Assembly: GCA_964016885.1 (NCBI GenBank)
Contig: OZ024741.1
Span: 33,480,001-33,544,000, forward strand
DNA from: Eledone cirrhosa
Taxonomy: Eukaryota
Direction of reading: 5' to 3'
Length of the DNA: 64,000 bases
The stretch's first letter is position 1. Each line of letters begins with the position of its first letter. Positions 1 to 16,280 of this stretch are shown here, in pieces. The position numbers were made by a program, and so were the translations under genes. Under the pieces are notes generated by a model, which worked only from the letters and a program-made list of their open reading frames with translations, had not been told where the DNA came from and made no database searches.

Positions 1-1338
1 CAGTGTTAACTGGGGTTTTTAGCGTGTTACCTACACGGCCACATTACAGCGTGGACTGTGTGTTTTATTGTCGTGACACCTACACGACCTCATTTGTTTC
101 GGCCTGGATGTTGTGGTACCAACATAACTTTACATCGAAAGGGGTGGTGTGGATAGGGTGGGGGTAGTGGGACGGGGGTGTATTTTTGTTAGAGGTGCCT
201 ACTGACTGTAGGTTTCGCTTTGTACTTAGGCAAGGCGGGTCTTCTGTATTACTGTGTAGCGCCAAAGATCTCGGTCCAGTGACATTGTCTTGGAGAGGTG
301 TAAGTGTGTGAGGTCGGAATTTATCAAGTCGTCCCAGATTTTTCTGGGTCTGCCTACTCCATGGCTACCGTCTATTTTTATTGCCCTGCACTTTCTAATA
401 CAGCTGTCGTCTTTCATGCGCATCACGTGACCATACCAACGTAGTCTTCTCTCGAGTAAACAACATCTGTCCCTCTTATTTCTAATTTTTCCCTTAGTTC
501 GTTTATGCTTTGCCGTTCACGTATATTACTATTACACATCCAGCGGAGCATTCAAGCTTCGTTCCTCTCCAGTCTGCGTATATCCTCTGCACACAATGCC
601 CAGGTCTCACTGCCATGTAACATTGCTGTTCGTATGCAGGCATCATACAGCCTGCCTTTCATTTTTAGAGAGAACCCTTTAGCGGCTAATAGTGGTATAA
701 ACTCTCTGAACTTTTTCCATCCAGTTCTGACTCTAACTACTGTACTTTCAGAGCACCCTCCACCACTGCTGATTTTGTCACCCAAGTAATGGAAGGTGTC
801 CACTATTTCTATAGAACCATCTGTGCAATGGAATGAGCTAGTATTCCGTGGACACTTGCTGCTACTTATTGCACCAGAGCACCGGCCACATATAAAATCT
901 ATATTCTTAGTTAGCTTACCTGTGATCCCACTACATCTTTTATGCACCCATACTTTGCATTTGGGACATAACATGGAGTTTCTACCTACTCCTTTCCTAC
1001 ACACTGAGCATGGCCATTTCCCAGATGGCACAGGTGCCCTATTTTCCTTCCTACAAACTAGAACTTTAGTCTTAGACAGGTTAATTTTAAGGCCTTTTGA
1101 TTCTAGGCCATGCTTCCATGTTTGGAATTTCTTCTCTAGTTCAGCCATTGATTCAGCTATGAGCGTTAGATCATCTGCGTATAGGAGTTCCCATGGGCAG
1201 CCGGTCTTGAACTCCACTGTTATAGCCTGAAGGGCAATAATAAATAGTAGGGGGCTAAGAATGGAGCCCTGATGAACACCAACTTTTACACTAAACTCTT
1301 CACTATATTCGTTGTTAATTCTAGCCTTGCCGGCTGTT
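1..1338 (-). mobile_element. 5'-truncated RTE-clade LINE (RT C-terminal half plus 3' region)
   Basis: ORF 552-1217 has LLYADDL, GLKINLSKTKVL, FHYLG and GRLYDACIRTAMLHGSETW. ORF 226-426 continues the RTE C-terminus (GRPRKIWDDLINSDL...DRDLWR). In-frame stop near 552; the 5' end abuts (TA)n. Confidence 0.9.
552..1217 (-). pseudogene. RTE reverse transcriptase fragment with internal Cys/His (PHD-like) insertion
   Basis: YADD motif; CSVC...CPKCKVWVHKRC...CGRC lies between the KTK motif and the FHYLG motif. Confidence 0.85.
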
Positions 1339-1339
1339 T

Positions 1340-3475
<2,136 letters not shown>

Positions 3476-3736
3476 TTGTGGGTTATGTAGTTGTTTGTAG
3501 TGTGTGCGGTAGGGAGAATCTAGAATATAATCAAATACAATAAACGAGATAAAATATGTTTAAAAAACGGTAAATGTTTCGTGTTTTATTGTTGACTCCT
3601 GAAAAGGTAGAGGTGTAGAAAGATGAGTGTGAGATAATGTTAGAATTTACATTATAGTTAGGGTAAGTAGGGAGGTAACACTAGGGCCGAGGACACCAGA
3701 AGTCTCCACTGCCAGGGGTAAGACCGCAAACCTGTT

Positions 3737-4056
3737 ATATATTGTTCTATACTATTATATACTATACTGTTCTATACTATTATATGCTATACTGTTCTAT
3801 ACTATACTATTTTATACTATTCTATACCATCTTATACTGTTCTATTCTATACTATACTATACTGTTCTATTCTATACTATTCTATACTGTTCTATACTAT
3901 ACTATTCTATACTATTCTATACTATACTATACTATTCTATACTATACTATTCTATACTATTTTATACTGTTCTATTCTATACTATTCTTTACTATTTTAT
4001 ACTGTTCTGTTCTATACTATACTATTATATACTGTTCTATTCTATTCTATACTGTT
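3737..4056 (+). repeat. Pentanucleotide microsatellite (TATAC/TATTC/TGTTC)n
   Basis: Directly visible. Confidence 0.95.
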
Positions 4057-4669
4057 CCTGGTTTGGCGAATCTGCTATCCGTCGGAGTATGTGTATAGAT
4101 GCTACCGAGTCACTCGGGTGGTTAAGACTAGGCACGCACTTCCTAATGAAAGATGTCTCGGCCATTCTTAGGTAAACTCCATCTCATAGCTCCGAAACAA
4201 TTTTTGTGGTTATTCTTCTTCTACATATTTTGTTTATATGTTGAAATACTGCCCTTGGAGGAGTCGCTTTTTCAAAATGTTCGAGTATTCGGTTATACAG
4301 TTGGCGCTTCGTGGAACCGATGTAGTTGGCCCCGAACGCTCAGTTTAGCTCATACGCTACATGGTCTCTCAGCCATATGATAGTGATAGTGTATTGATCG
4401 ACGGCATCTCCAGGGGCAGCAAGAGTCTTCTTGCTCTGTGTGAGGTTTTGTCTTAACGTCCATCCTCGCTTTGTTACTCGCACTGGGAGTATATACAACA
4501 AGCCTCACAGTGAAAGAAACGAGAGAACAAAGATAAAAGCTGGGTCTACACTGATTTGTCATGCCAAGAAGAACAGACAAAAGGTCGTCGTAGAAACTGT
4601 ATCCTCAAATTATGAAAAGAACATATAATCTCTCAGAGAATAATAGAAACCTAGTCTAGCTATCATCAG

Positions 4670-4857
4670 ATAAGGAAGAAGAGTTCAGCGTGGTAGACAA
4701 ATGCCAAGAAGCTGCCATAAGGAAGAAGAGTTCAGCGTGGTAGACAAATACCAAGAAGCTGCCATAAGGAAGAAGAGTTCAGCGTGGTAGATAAATACCA
4801 AGAAGCTGCCATGAGTAAGAAGAGTTCAGCGTAGTAGACAAATACCAAGAAGCTGCC
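4670..4857 (+). repeat. Tandem repeat, about 47 bp x4
   Basis: Unit ATAAGGAAGAAGAGTTCAGCGTGGTAGACAAATRCCAAGAAGCTGCC. Confidence 0.95.
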
Positions 4858-5139
4858 CTGACAGACCTCTCACAAAGCAGTATATATACACAACACCACC
4901 GCAGGCAGAATAGAAAACCAGTGGTCAACACATTCACTTTTTCAAAATTAGATTTAGGTGTAAAGATTTACAATATATTACAAGTAAGGATTGCAACCAA
5001 AAAATACATTTTAAAACAATATTATTTCACCTAGGAATTCGTGCTTATACCACGGTTTCGTTTCGATAATTAATCAATAATTTAAAAAACACCGTAAACT
5101 CATCAGTAACAAATTTCTTAAAACATAGCTTATGGCTTT

Positions 5140-5245
5140 TACAAGAAAATTATGGTGAAATACTTTGAGTTGTTACATGAAATACCTTGGGTTGTTACAA
5201 GAAATACCTTGTGTTGTTACATGAAATACTGTGTGTCATTACAGG
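5140..5245 (+). repeat. Degenerate tandem repeat, about 22 bp x4-5
   Basis: TACAWGAAATACCTTGNGTTGT units. Confidence 0.8.
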
Positions 5246-5371
5246 TCTAGCCAGCAAACACCATCTCACAGCAAAAGGGCACCAATGTTATATATAAAAT
5301 TCTATGTGCCTTCAGCTTTAAAACTGACGTCAAAAGCCAGAAGTTAAAAGGGAAACTTGACCCATAATAAA

Positions 5372-5412
<41 letters not shown>

Positions 5413-5546
5413 GTGAGGTTTTTTTTTTTACAAAATGAAAAATAACCGAGGTGTCCTACACGAGTGGAAGTATAAAGAAAAAGGGATGAAATCGAAAATG
5501 CAACTGAAGTCTTATTTTTTTTTAAAATATATATATTTATTTGGTT

Positions 5547-5584
5547 CCTTTACCGGTTTCGCAGTTCTTCTGCTTTTCAAAAGG
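5547..5584 (-). ncRNA. Type I hammerhead ribozyme, U3-A8 core variant
   Basis: Minus strand: CCUU-UUGAAAA-GCAG aagaa CUGC-GAA-ACCGGU-A-AAGG. Stems I and II pair; stem III is palindromic; GUA cleavage triplet. Confidence 0.75.
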
Positions 5585-5909
5585 TGAGTTGAGATGGAGG
5601 GTCTGTCGTTTTTCTCACATATATATATATAGAACAAAGAAACTAAAAACCATACCATTTGTACTGTCTCTCAGTTTTTTGTTCTCTGTCCATTTATTCA
5701 ACTATATATATATATAAAGGTTTACATATATATAAAAAGTCATAGATATATATATGTGTTTTGCAACAGGTCACGTTGTGGCTCAATGAAGTCTCATAGG
5801 AGTCTTTATTCTTATAGCTTGGTCTAATTGATTTTTTATATGGTTAATTATGCTAATTGGGAGAGGAAATGGTATATATTATATCTAGTGATTCTAAAGA
5901 CATGTTTTA

Positions 5910-5961
<52 letters not shown>

Positions 5962-5963
<2 letters not shown>

Positions 5964-6172
5964 CAAAGGAATTGTGGTAAGGAACTAAATGGACCATAAC
6001 GCACCAGAGTACTCAATACTTAGGGTAGTAGAGTGGGAAATAGGAAAACGTATGACCCTGACGGCAGAGCTCAAGCCGTTTCGACGGCTATTTCTGGACT
6101 CAATAATTCTCCGAGTCCAGAAATAGCCGTCGAAACGGCTTGAGCTCTGCCGTGGGAGTCATACTTTTTCCT
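5962..6172 (-). mobile_element. Short palindromic PLE-terminus element, family A (copies also at 6641-6815, 14312-14420, 25451-25642, 26702-26908, 29057-29120, 60284-60480)
   Basis: About 60 bp inverted arms TAGGAAAA..TATGACCC.GACGGCAGAGCTCAAGCCGTTTCGACGGCTATTTCTGGACT plus a one-sided tail TTACCCACTCTACTACCCTAAGTATTGAGTACT...; typically flanked by (TA)n. Confidence 0.75.
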
Positions 6173-6376
6173 ATATATATACATAGATAGATAGATACAT
6201 AGATAGATGGATATATATATATATATTTTTTTTTTTTAATAATAAATATATGGATTGTAGCGTCCAGTTACGGTAGGTTCACCAGAGTGACCACTCGATG
6301 CGTCGTTTCCAGTAAGTATAGAGGTGTAGTACTAAGCGGAGTGTAATAATAATAATAATAATGTCATTACCGCAAC

Positions 6377-6466
6377 AGAGGTCCGTCGAGCTGTTGATTC
6401 CAGAGTCGGGCTAGATCGATACAGATCGAACCTTGAGTTATCAATAGCGAAACGCGCGTCACTACT
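6377..6466 (+). ncRNA. Decayed type I hammerhead ribozyme
   Basis: Core CCGUCGA (two changes from CUGACGA); stem II GCUGUUGAU/AUCAAUAGC; GAA-ACGCGCGU-C (palindromic stem III, GUC); followed by AATAAA. Confidence 0.55.
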
Positions 6467-6506
6467 CAATAAACGTAATGAAGACGTGACAATGCGTACC
6501 TTTCAT

Positions 6507-6624
<118 letters not shown>

Positions 6625-6828
6625 AGTGTGTGTGTGTGTGAAAAAGAGTCAATTCCCCAACGGCTGAGCTCCGGCCTTTTCGAAAGCTAGATCCGAAATG
6701 GCCGTAGCTCAGCCGTCGGGGATCCTGAATCATTTCCTATTACCCACTCTACTACCCTAAGTATTGAGTATTCTGGTGCGTTATGGTCCATCTGGTATCT
6801 TACAACACCTTCTTAGTTATATATATAT

Positions 6829-6890
<62 letters not shown>

Positions 6891-6909
6891 CACACACACA
6901 CACACACAC

Positions 6910-7013
<104 letters not shown>

Positions 7014-7129
7014 GGGGTGTGTAACTCAACGAAACTTAAGGGCTCCTACCCTTGGGTGTTTTTTTACCAAATTTGTACTACAGTATATATATATATATAT
7101 ATATATTATGTGCTTCCATATATATATAT

Positions 7130-7355
7130 AGAAGTGGTTACACAACAGTTAGTTCACCATACCGAGAAGAATTGTTTCACCTTCGCGGATCTTCAGCTCG
7201 AAATGTGTAAACATACACATCCCGAGCTGAAGATCCGCGAAGGTGAAACAATTCTTCTCGGTATGGTGAACTAACTGTTGTGTAACCACTTCTACCTAAT
7301 TCGTCCCTTGGACTGAGTGCTCTACCACTACGGATATTACTTTCCAGTGTTCCAC

Positions 7356-7360
<5 letters not shown>
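7130..7360 (+). mobile_element. Palindromic PLE-terminus element with two opposed HHR-like motifs (plus-strand copy 7222-7261)
   Basis: Near-perfect palindrome 7130-7294 plus one-sided tail. CCGAG-CUGAAGA-UCCGCGAAGGU-GAAACAAUUCUU-CUCGG; stem III imperfect. Confidence 0.7.
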
Positions 7361-7401
<41 letters not shown>

Positions 7402-7405
<4 letters not shown>

Positions 7406-7558
7406 TTGTTTCTACTTTTGTCACAAGGCCAGCAATTATCCCAGTGTATTACTGGTGCGTAAGGATGATAGGCAAAGTTAACTCGGCGGGATTTGAACTC
7501 AGATCATAAACTCTTTGCTGTAAAACATGGCGTCAGACCCTCTACCGATACTGCCAAC

Positions 7559-7559
<1 letters not shown>
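7402..7559 (-). mobile_element. tRNA-derived SINE (internally deleted copy)
   Basis: A box TGGCAGTATCGG, B box GAGTTCAAATCC, 3' end CCTTGTG-N8-AGAAACAATT. Confidence 0.9.
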
Positions 7560-7637
<78 letters not shown>

Positions 7638-7685
7638 ATATAATGTGCTTCCATATATATATATATATGTGATATTTAATATAAC

Positions 7686-9960
<2,275 letters not shown>

Positions 9961-10015
9961 ATACATATTAGATATAAATATAGTAAAATAAAAAATATAT
10001 ATCTATTTATGTATA

Positions 10016-10190
10016 GTATATCGGTAGAGGGTCGGACATGCTTTCCAGCATAGTTACGTCCCTTTACGATCTGAGTTCAAATCCCGCCGAGGTTAATTTT
10101 GCCTTTCATCCTTACAGGGTCGATAAAATAAAGTACCAGTAATGTACTGGGTAATTGCTGGCCTTGCCTAAAATAGAAACAATTATATTA
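10016..10190 (+). mobile_element. tRNA-derived SINE
   Basis: B box GAGTTCAAATCC, central domain and 3' end of the same family. Confidence 0.9.
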
Positions 10191-11103
10191 TTTATTATAT
10201 ATAAATTAATGATTTTATTTATTATATTTACAATTTGCATGTTGGCAGGTCTCTCTGGAAATAGAGGGGGGGGGGGCTGAGTGTATTATGTGGCCGTGAG
10301 GGGTAGGGTGGCCCCAAAAGTTCGAGAACCTCTGCTTTAGAGGAACTACAAAACTACGTTACAGTCCTCCTTGCCTCCTTCTTCCATGAATCTTTAGTAT
10401 AAAAACAGACATGGTCTTTGGTAATATATTGACCCCGCTTCCCTTTAACAGTAGAGGAAGGAGAAGAAAACTCCATATTGCTGGGACATTGGGGAAAAAA
10501 GGTGGATACTGAGGTATTTTTACGTCGCTACGGTGTTTGTTTTTATCACCATTTTTATAATTACTACAGTTGTTGTTTATGTTGTTGTCGCTGTCTGTAC
10601 AGATGTCAGTGTTATTACCGTATTTCCAGGCCTCCAGGACACTGTTTTGTTTCGTAAAATAAATCTCCAAAATCTACCATGCGTCTTGGAGGACTAAGCT
10701 TGCGTTTCTCATAAGCATATCCTAACCCAAAAGGAACATTATCTCTGCTAGACAGTAATCTGAACTCCTGTATATGACCTCTCAATGAAGTCTATAAATT
10801 ATACTTACTTAAAGTAGTCAATAAACAAAATATCATTAAAAAATTAGGTAACAAGTCTCGAAGTGCCGAGACCTATTTATCATATTTTTGGTTGTCAAAA
10901 CTGAAGTGTGTCCTCGAGGGCGAGGTGTCTTCGACAACTGGATATCGGGTAACTTTATTGTCAGTTGTGTCACCAACGATCATGTTATGCTATAATTGTC
11001 CAAGACATAATTCATCTGTCTGTTATGATTTTGTTAGTATTCCTCAACACATCTTTATTTCCAAACCCGAAAGTATTTTTCTTTTATGTGATAGTGATTT
11101 TAG

Positions 11104-11220
11104 TGTCGGGTGGGGTCTGACCTAGTGGTTAGGGTACTCATGATCTTAAGGTCATGGGTCATGGGTTAGACCCGCAGACCTAGTAGTGTGTTGTAATTTT
11201 AGCAAGTCACTTCATTTTAG
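11104..11220 (+). mobile_element. Degenerate tRNA-derived SINE of a second family
   Basis: A-box-like TGACCTAGTGG, B-box-like GGTTAGACCC, then AGCAAGTCACTTCATTT. Confidence 0.45.
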
Positions 11221-11514
11221 TAGCAGAGATTGTCTTGTAAGTCGTTTAACACCACTGAAGCTAAGATAAGCTGTGATAACCTCTAAGCTCGAGAAAACAC
11301 ATTAAACAGAGGATGTGAGTGTTACCATCGACTTAGAAGTCATTGATTAACGACGCAGAAGATGTCATGATAAAGATAAACTAGAAAACACAAATAACAC
11401 AACACCTTTCACACCATCCAACATAAAAACGGTGGAAAACAACCCATACTCTCATTCCGTCCATTAAAATGTCCACAAACATATGACACAGGAACAAATA
11501 TAGAATTTATTGAT

Positions 11515-12340
11515 ATGACGGTGGTGGTGGTGGTGGTGGTGGTGGTGGTGGTGGGGATGCTAGTGGTGGTTCTGGTGGTGGTGGTGGTGGTAGTGGTGGT
11601 GCTGGTGGTGGTGGTTCTGGTGCTGGTGGTGGTGGTGGTGGTGGTGCTGGTGCTGGTGGTGGTGGTGGTGGTGATGCTAGTGGTGGTTCTGGTGCTGGTG
11701 GTGGTGGTGGTGGTGGTGGTGGTTCTGGTGGTGGTGGTGGTGGTGGTGGTGGTGGTTCTGGTGGTGGTGGTGGTGGTGGTGCTGGTGGTGGTGGTGGTGC
11801 TGGTGGTGGTGGTGCTGGTGGTGGTTCTGGTGCTGGTGGTGGTGGTGCTGGTAGTAGTGGTGGTGGTGGTGGTGGTTCTGGTGCTGGTGAAAGTGGTGGT
11901 GGTGGTGCTAGTGGTGGTTCTGGTGGTGGTGCTGCTGGTGGTGGTGGTGGCGGTGGTGCTGGTGGTGGTTCTGGTATTGATGGTAATGCTGGTTGTGACG
12001 ATGGTCGTGGTGGTGGTGGTGGCACCGGGAGTGGCGATGGGTGGGTGGTGTGTCTGACGACTATAACGATGATGATATTGAGGTGTAGGAGGAAGATGAT
12101 GATGCTAACAATATTACTGATGATGATGATGGTGGTGGTGGTAATGATGATGATGATGACGGCGGTGGTGGTGTTGGTAATGATGATGATGATGATGATG
12201 ATGATAATGGTGGTGGTGGTGGTGGTGGTGGTAATAGTGGGGTAATGATGTTGCTGAAGCTTCTGATGATTTTGATGATCATCATCATGGTGATGGTGAT
12301 GAAGATGATGATGATGATGATGACGACAATGGTGATGATA
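11515..12340 (+). repeat. (GGT)n then (GAT)n trinucleotide tract
   Basis: Directly visible. Confidence 0.95.
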
Positions 12341-12527
12341 ATCGATAAGTCGTATTTGTTGAGCAATTATTTTAGCAAGCAAGTTTTAGGTGTCGAATTA
12401 CAATTTCGTTTGGTGAATTTGACAGGAAAAAGATAGAAAATTAAATTTACTTCTCTCATCTTCTCTCATCTCTCTTTTGCTTCTTTGTTTCTTCCCCATC
12501 CTCATTCTCACTTTTCTACTACACTCA

Positions 12528-12635
<108 letters not shown>

Positions 12636-12636
12636 G

Positions 12637-12675
<39 letters not shown>

Positions 12676-12705
12676 ATCTCGGGAATCTTACCCGCCCTAG
12701 ATATA

Positions 12706-12780
<75 letters not shown>

Positions 12781-12878
12781 TTATTTGTATTTTATTATAT
12801 TCTAGCTTTTGCCATACAACTCTCTATAGCATACTCTTCTGAACTGCATGCACTACGAAAAAAAACTACACTACTTAC

Positions 12879-12909
<31 letters not shown>

Positions 12910-13032
12910 ATAATGCATATTACAGACATACATTGTTCTCTCAAGAACAATTACAAAAGAACTTCATCCTCAAATCAGATTCTTATCCCGTGGAAATTAA
13001 TCTAAAAATAAAAAAACCTACATTTATATGCA

Positions 13033-13071
<39 letters not shown>

Positions 13072-13074
<3 letters not shown>

Positions 13075-13430
13075 TCCGTTGGAAAGGTAAAGGAAAGGAG
13101 ATTGCTCTATGTAGGCTACAGAGCTATTTAGTTATGTAATAAACAACATAAGACAATTATTCAATTTACCAAAGGTTTCACGAAGACAGACGAGCTCGAC
13201 ACAGACGTCTCAAATCGCTCATCAGAATGAAATTTTAATTGAAAGCGAGGCTGATACATCAGCCTCGCTTTCAATTGTTTTAGCCTTCGTTTTTAAATCC
13301 ATATCTCACATCCACTTCAAACAAAATTTCATTCTGATGAGCGATTTCAGACGTCTGTGTCAAGCTCGTCTGTCTTCGTGAAACCTTTGGTAAATGGAAT
13401 AATTGACTTATGTTGTTTATTACATAACTA
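13072..13430. mobile_element. Head-to-head PLE-terminus element with two HHRs (13160-13232 minus; 13327-13399 plus) and a central hairpin
   Basis: Plus: UUUCAUU-CUGAUGA-GCGA...UCGU-GAA-ACC uuu GGU-A-AAUGGAA. Inverted copy upstream; both ends abut (TA)n. Confidence 0.8.
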
Positions 13431-13754
13431 TATATATATATATACTCTGTTTCTCTCGTTTGTATATATAATATGGTATATGGTATACTAAATGTATAGA
13501 CGGATCCGTTGTTACTCATAGTTTCGTGTTTCAGTTAACTGTTCAGGCTATTCTAGCATTGTCCATGAAACGACTCCTGTACAAAATGAAGTTTTCAGAC
13601 ACATGCATAGCTTTCCTCTCATACACATTGAATCTTAGATATGACCAATCTGATGTATTGTTATTTTGCGGTGTTCTGTTTTAAACGTCTGAGTAGTAAG
13701 AAGTCTCTTTCCCCCCCCTTGGATTGTCAAAGTTTTATAATAGAAATACTGTAT

Positions 13755-13939
13755 AATAATTGTTTCTATATTTGGCACAAGCTCAGCAATTTTCCCAGTG
13801 TATTACTGGTACTTTATTTTATCGACCCTGTAAGGATGAAAGGAAAAGTTAACCCCGGCGGGATTTGAACTCAGACCATAAAGGAACGTAACTCTATGCT
13901 GGAAAGCATGGTGACTGACCCTCTACCGATACTGCCACC
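13755..13939 (-). mobile_element. tRNA-derived SINE with 12 bp TSD
   Basis: TSD CTGTATAATAAT at 13749-13760 and 13939-13950. Confidence 0.93.
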
Positions 13940-14279
13940 TGTATAATAATATCGGCTAAAGCCAGGGAGGATGATTCTGGTCTGGAAAGTTTTCTGAGGT
14001 ACATAGGTCATGACTTTTGCTATATCGACAACCGTATATAATTTTTCTGTAACCTCTGCTTAAATGCAAAATACCGTCTGAAGAAACCATTCCAGCCGAT
14101 TACGTAATAACGTGCAGGCACCGCAAAAATGCGCATAATATAAATAAATTTAATAATGTGATAACACTGTTGGATCAAACGACCAACGTGAATAGCTTAA
14201 TTCTGCTTACACCGTTTATGGATAGAGATGGTTCAAACACTACATTCTCAATCCAATAAACACTTAAAGATAACTATGT

Positions 14280-14311
<32 letters not shown>

Positions 14312-14491
14312 GAAAAGTACCGGCCGTTCCCACAGTCAATCCGAACATACCCACTCTACAATCCCAAGTATCGAGTACTTTGGTGAGTAATGGTCTAACT
14401 GGTTTTTACCGCCTCCATTCTGATATATATGTGTATGTGTGTGTGTGCATACATGTGTGTGCATGCATGTGTATGTGTACATACATACATA

Positions 14492-14545
<54 letters not shown>

Positions 14546-15920
14546 CATAGATACATATAAACGCAAGTACGTACACAGACATATATGCATGCTTACATTC
14601 ATAAATACATAATATATACCTACAACTCTCCTCCACACATACACACACACCCATTAACACACACAATCACACGCGCGCGCGCAAACAAACGCTTCCTCAT
14701 AATTTCTTATCTTGTCTCGTCTTTTTCTCGTTAACGAGAACTTCTGTATTAACTTACTCGCGTCAGTTGTGCCGACAAGATCACACGACGTTGTCATCGT
14801 CAGGATATCAAGCTGTATAAAATGGCGGATGCTATGTTTGTGATATTCGCCAAATATTTCCTGGTGTGGCTTTTTATTTCTTTTGTTTGGTTGTTTGTTT
14901 GCTTGTTTGTTTTTTTCTAAGGAGCGTAATGATTGGTCGAAAGGAAGTAATGGAAAAGTTTTAATGCTTTTTCTATGTTAGTTTTATTTGTGTCTGTGTA
15001 TGACTATATCTGAGTGTAGTTATGTGTGTTTTTGTGTTAGGTATTTATGTGCATGTCTGTAAGTATTAATGTGAACGATGTGTGTGTGTTTGTATGTGTG
15101 TGTGTGTATTGCTAAGTGTGAGTGGGAAGTATTTAAAGCGTGTCTGTGTTCTTGTAAATACGTGTGTTTATGTATACGTATGTGTGCTTATATGTATATG
15201 TGTATTTGTGTTTGAGAGGTTTGTGTATGTATGTAAATGTGTATCTGTCTATTTGTTTGTATTAGTTCTGTATACATCTACATGCGTCACTGTGTGCGTA
15301 TATTTGCGAGATTGTATTTAAAAGTGTGTATGTGTGTGTGTGGGGGGGGGGGGGGGTTGTGAGTGTGTGTTCGTTCGTACGTTCGTAAATGTTTGTTAGT
15401 AATTGGTCGTGTATGTCTGTATGTGTATGGGAGAAATGGGAATGTATGTGTGTTTGTGTCTGTACGTGTGTATGTGTAAGAGTGTGCACAATGATAGTAC
15501 ATACCCTATACAATAGTTGAAACACTGTGAAAGACATATTTGCTTTGCTGTTTTGAATCTCGGTAGAACCATTTGATTAAACTTGGTCCTTCTCTCACTT
15601 ACTGACCAAGTGGAATGTTTAACATCCTTATATACAAACACACTATACGTATATATGTATATATATGGGGCGGGAGAGTGCATGCGTGTGACTACTTGAA
15701 GTTCAGACAAATTGAGAAAACAACTGTACATTTAACCAAATAAGGTTTAAGATCAATGGGAGTTGATAATCAGAAGCTCAGAAGGGTTTAGAGCATCTGG
15801 AGTTGATCCAATGTTTACAGTCCACTTACTGAATGGGTATATTATTCACAGAGCATATACATACATATAATTATGGATGGATTCCCTTCATCTTCTAGCT
15901 TTATTATTGTTATTAAAGAA

Positions 15921-15951
<31 letters not shown>

Positions 15952-15955
<4 letters not shown>

Positions 15956-16027
15956 ATAAAGTACCAGTAATGCACTGGGTAATTGCTGGCCTTGTGCCTA
16001 AAGTAGAAACAATTATTATTATTATTA
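15952..16027 (+). mobile_element. SINE 3' fragment inside (TTA)n
   Basis: AAATAAAGTACCAG...CCTTGTGCCTAAAGTAGAAACAATTATT, flanked by TTA repeats. Confidence 0.85.
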
Positions 16028-16280
16028 ACCTTTCTTTCCTCCTTCTTCCCCTCTTCCTCCCTCTCCTATCACATTTCACCCCCTACTACTCCTCTCTTCA
16101 GCCATCACAAAGAAGTTAAAAATAACGATCCTGGCCAATTCTATCTGACTTTCCTAATGATTTCATACGAACGAAACAGTTCTAATCATGTAGAAGTTAT
16201 TTCTATAATATATATATGAGAGTATAAGGAAGTTTTCACTTTATGTTGGTAAATTCGTATTTGTGTAAAATGAGTATGTA

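Noticed and set aside
4670-4857. CRISPR-like regular repeats (also 22591-22793)
   Set aside because: Head-to-tail tandem units with no unique spacers, no cas genes, eukaryotic context.
11507-12382. 291 aa Pro/His-rich ORF (formin/extensin-like); similarly His-rich ORFs at 62087-62567
   Set aside because: Product of trinucleotide repeats open in several frames, with no non-repetitive domain.
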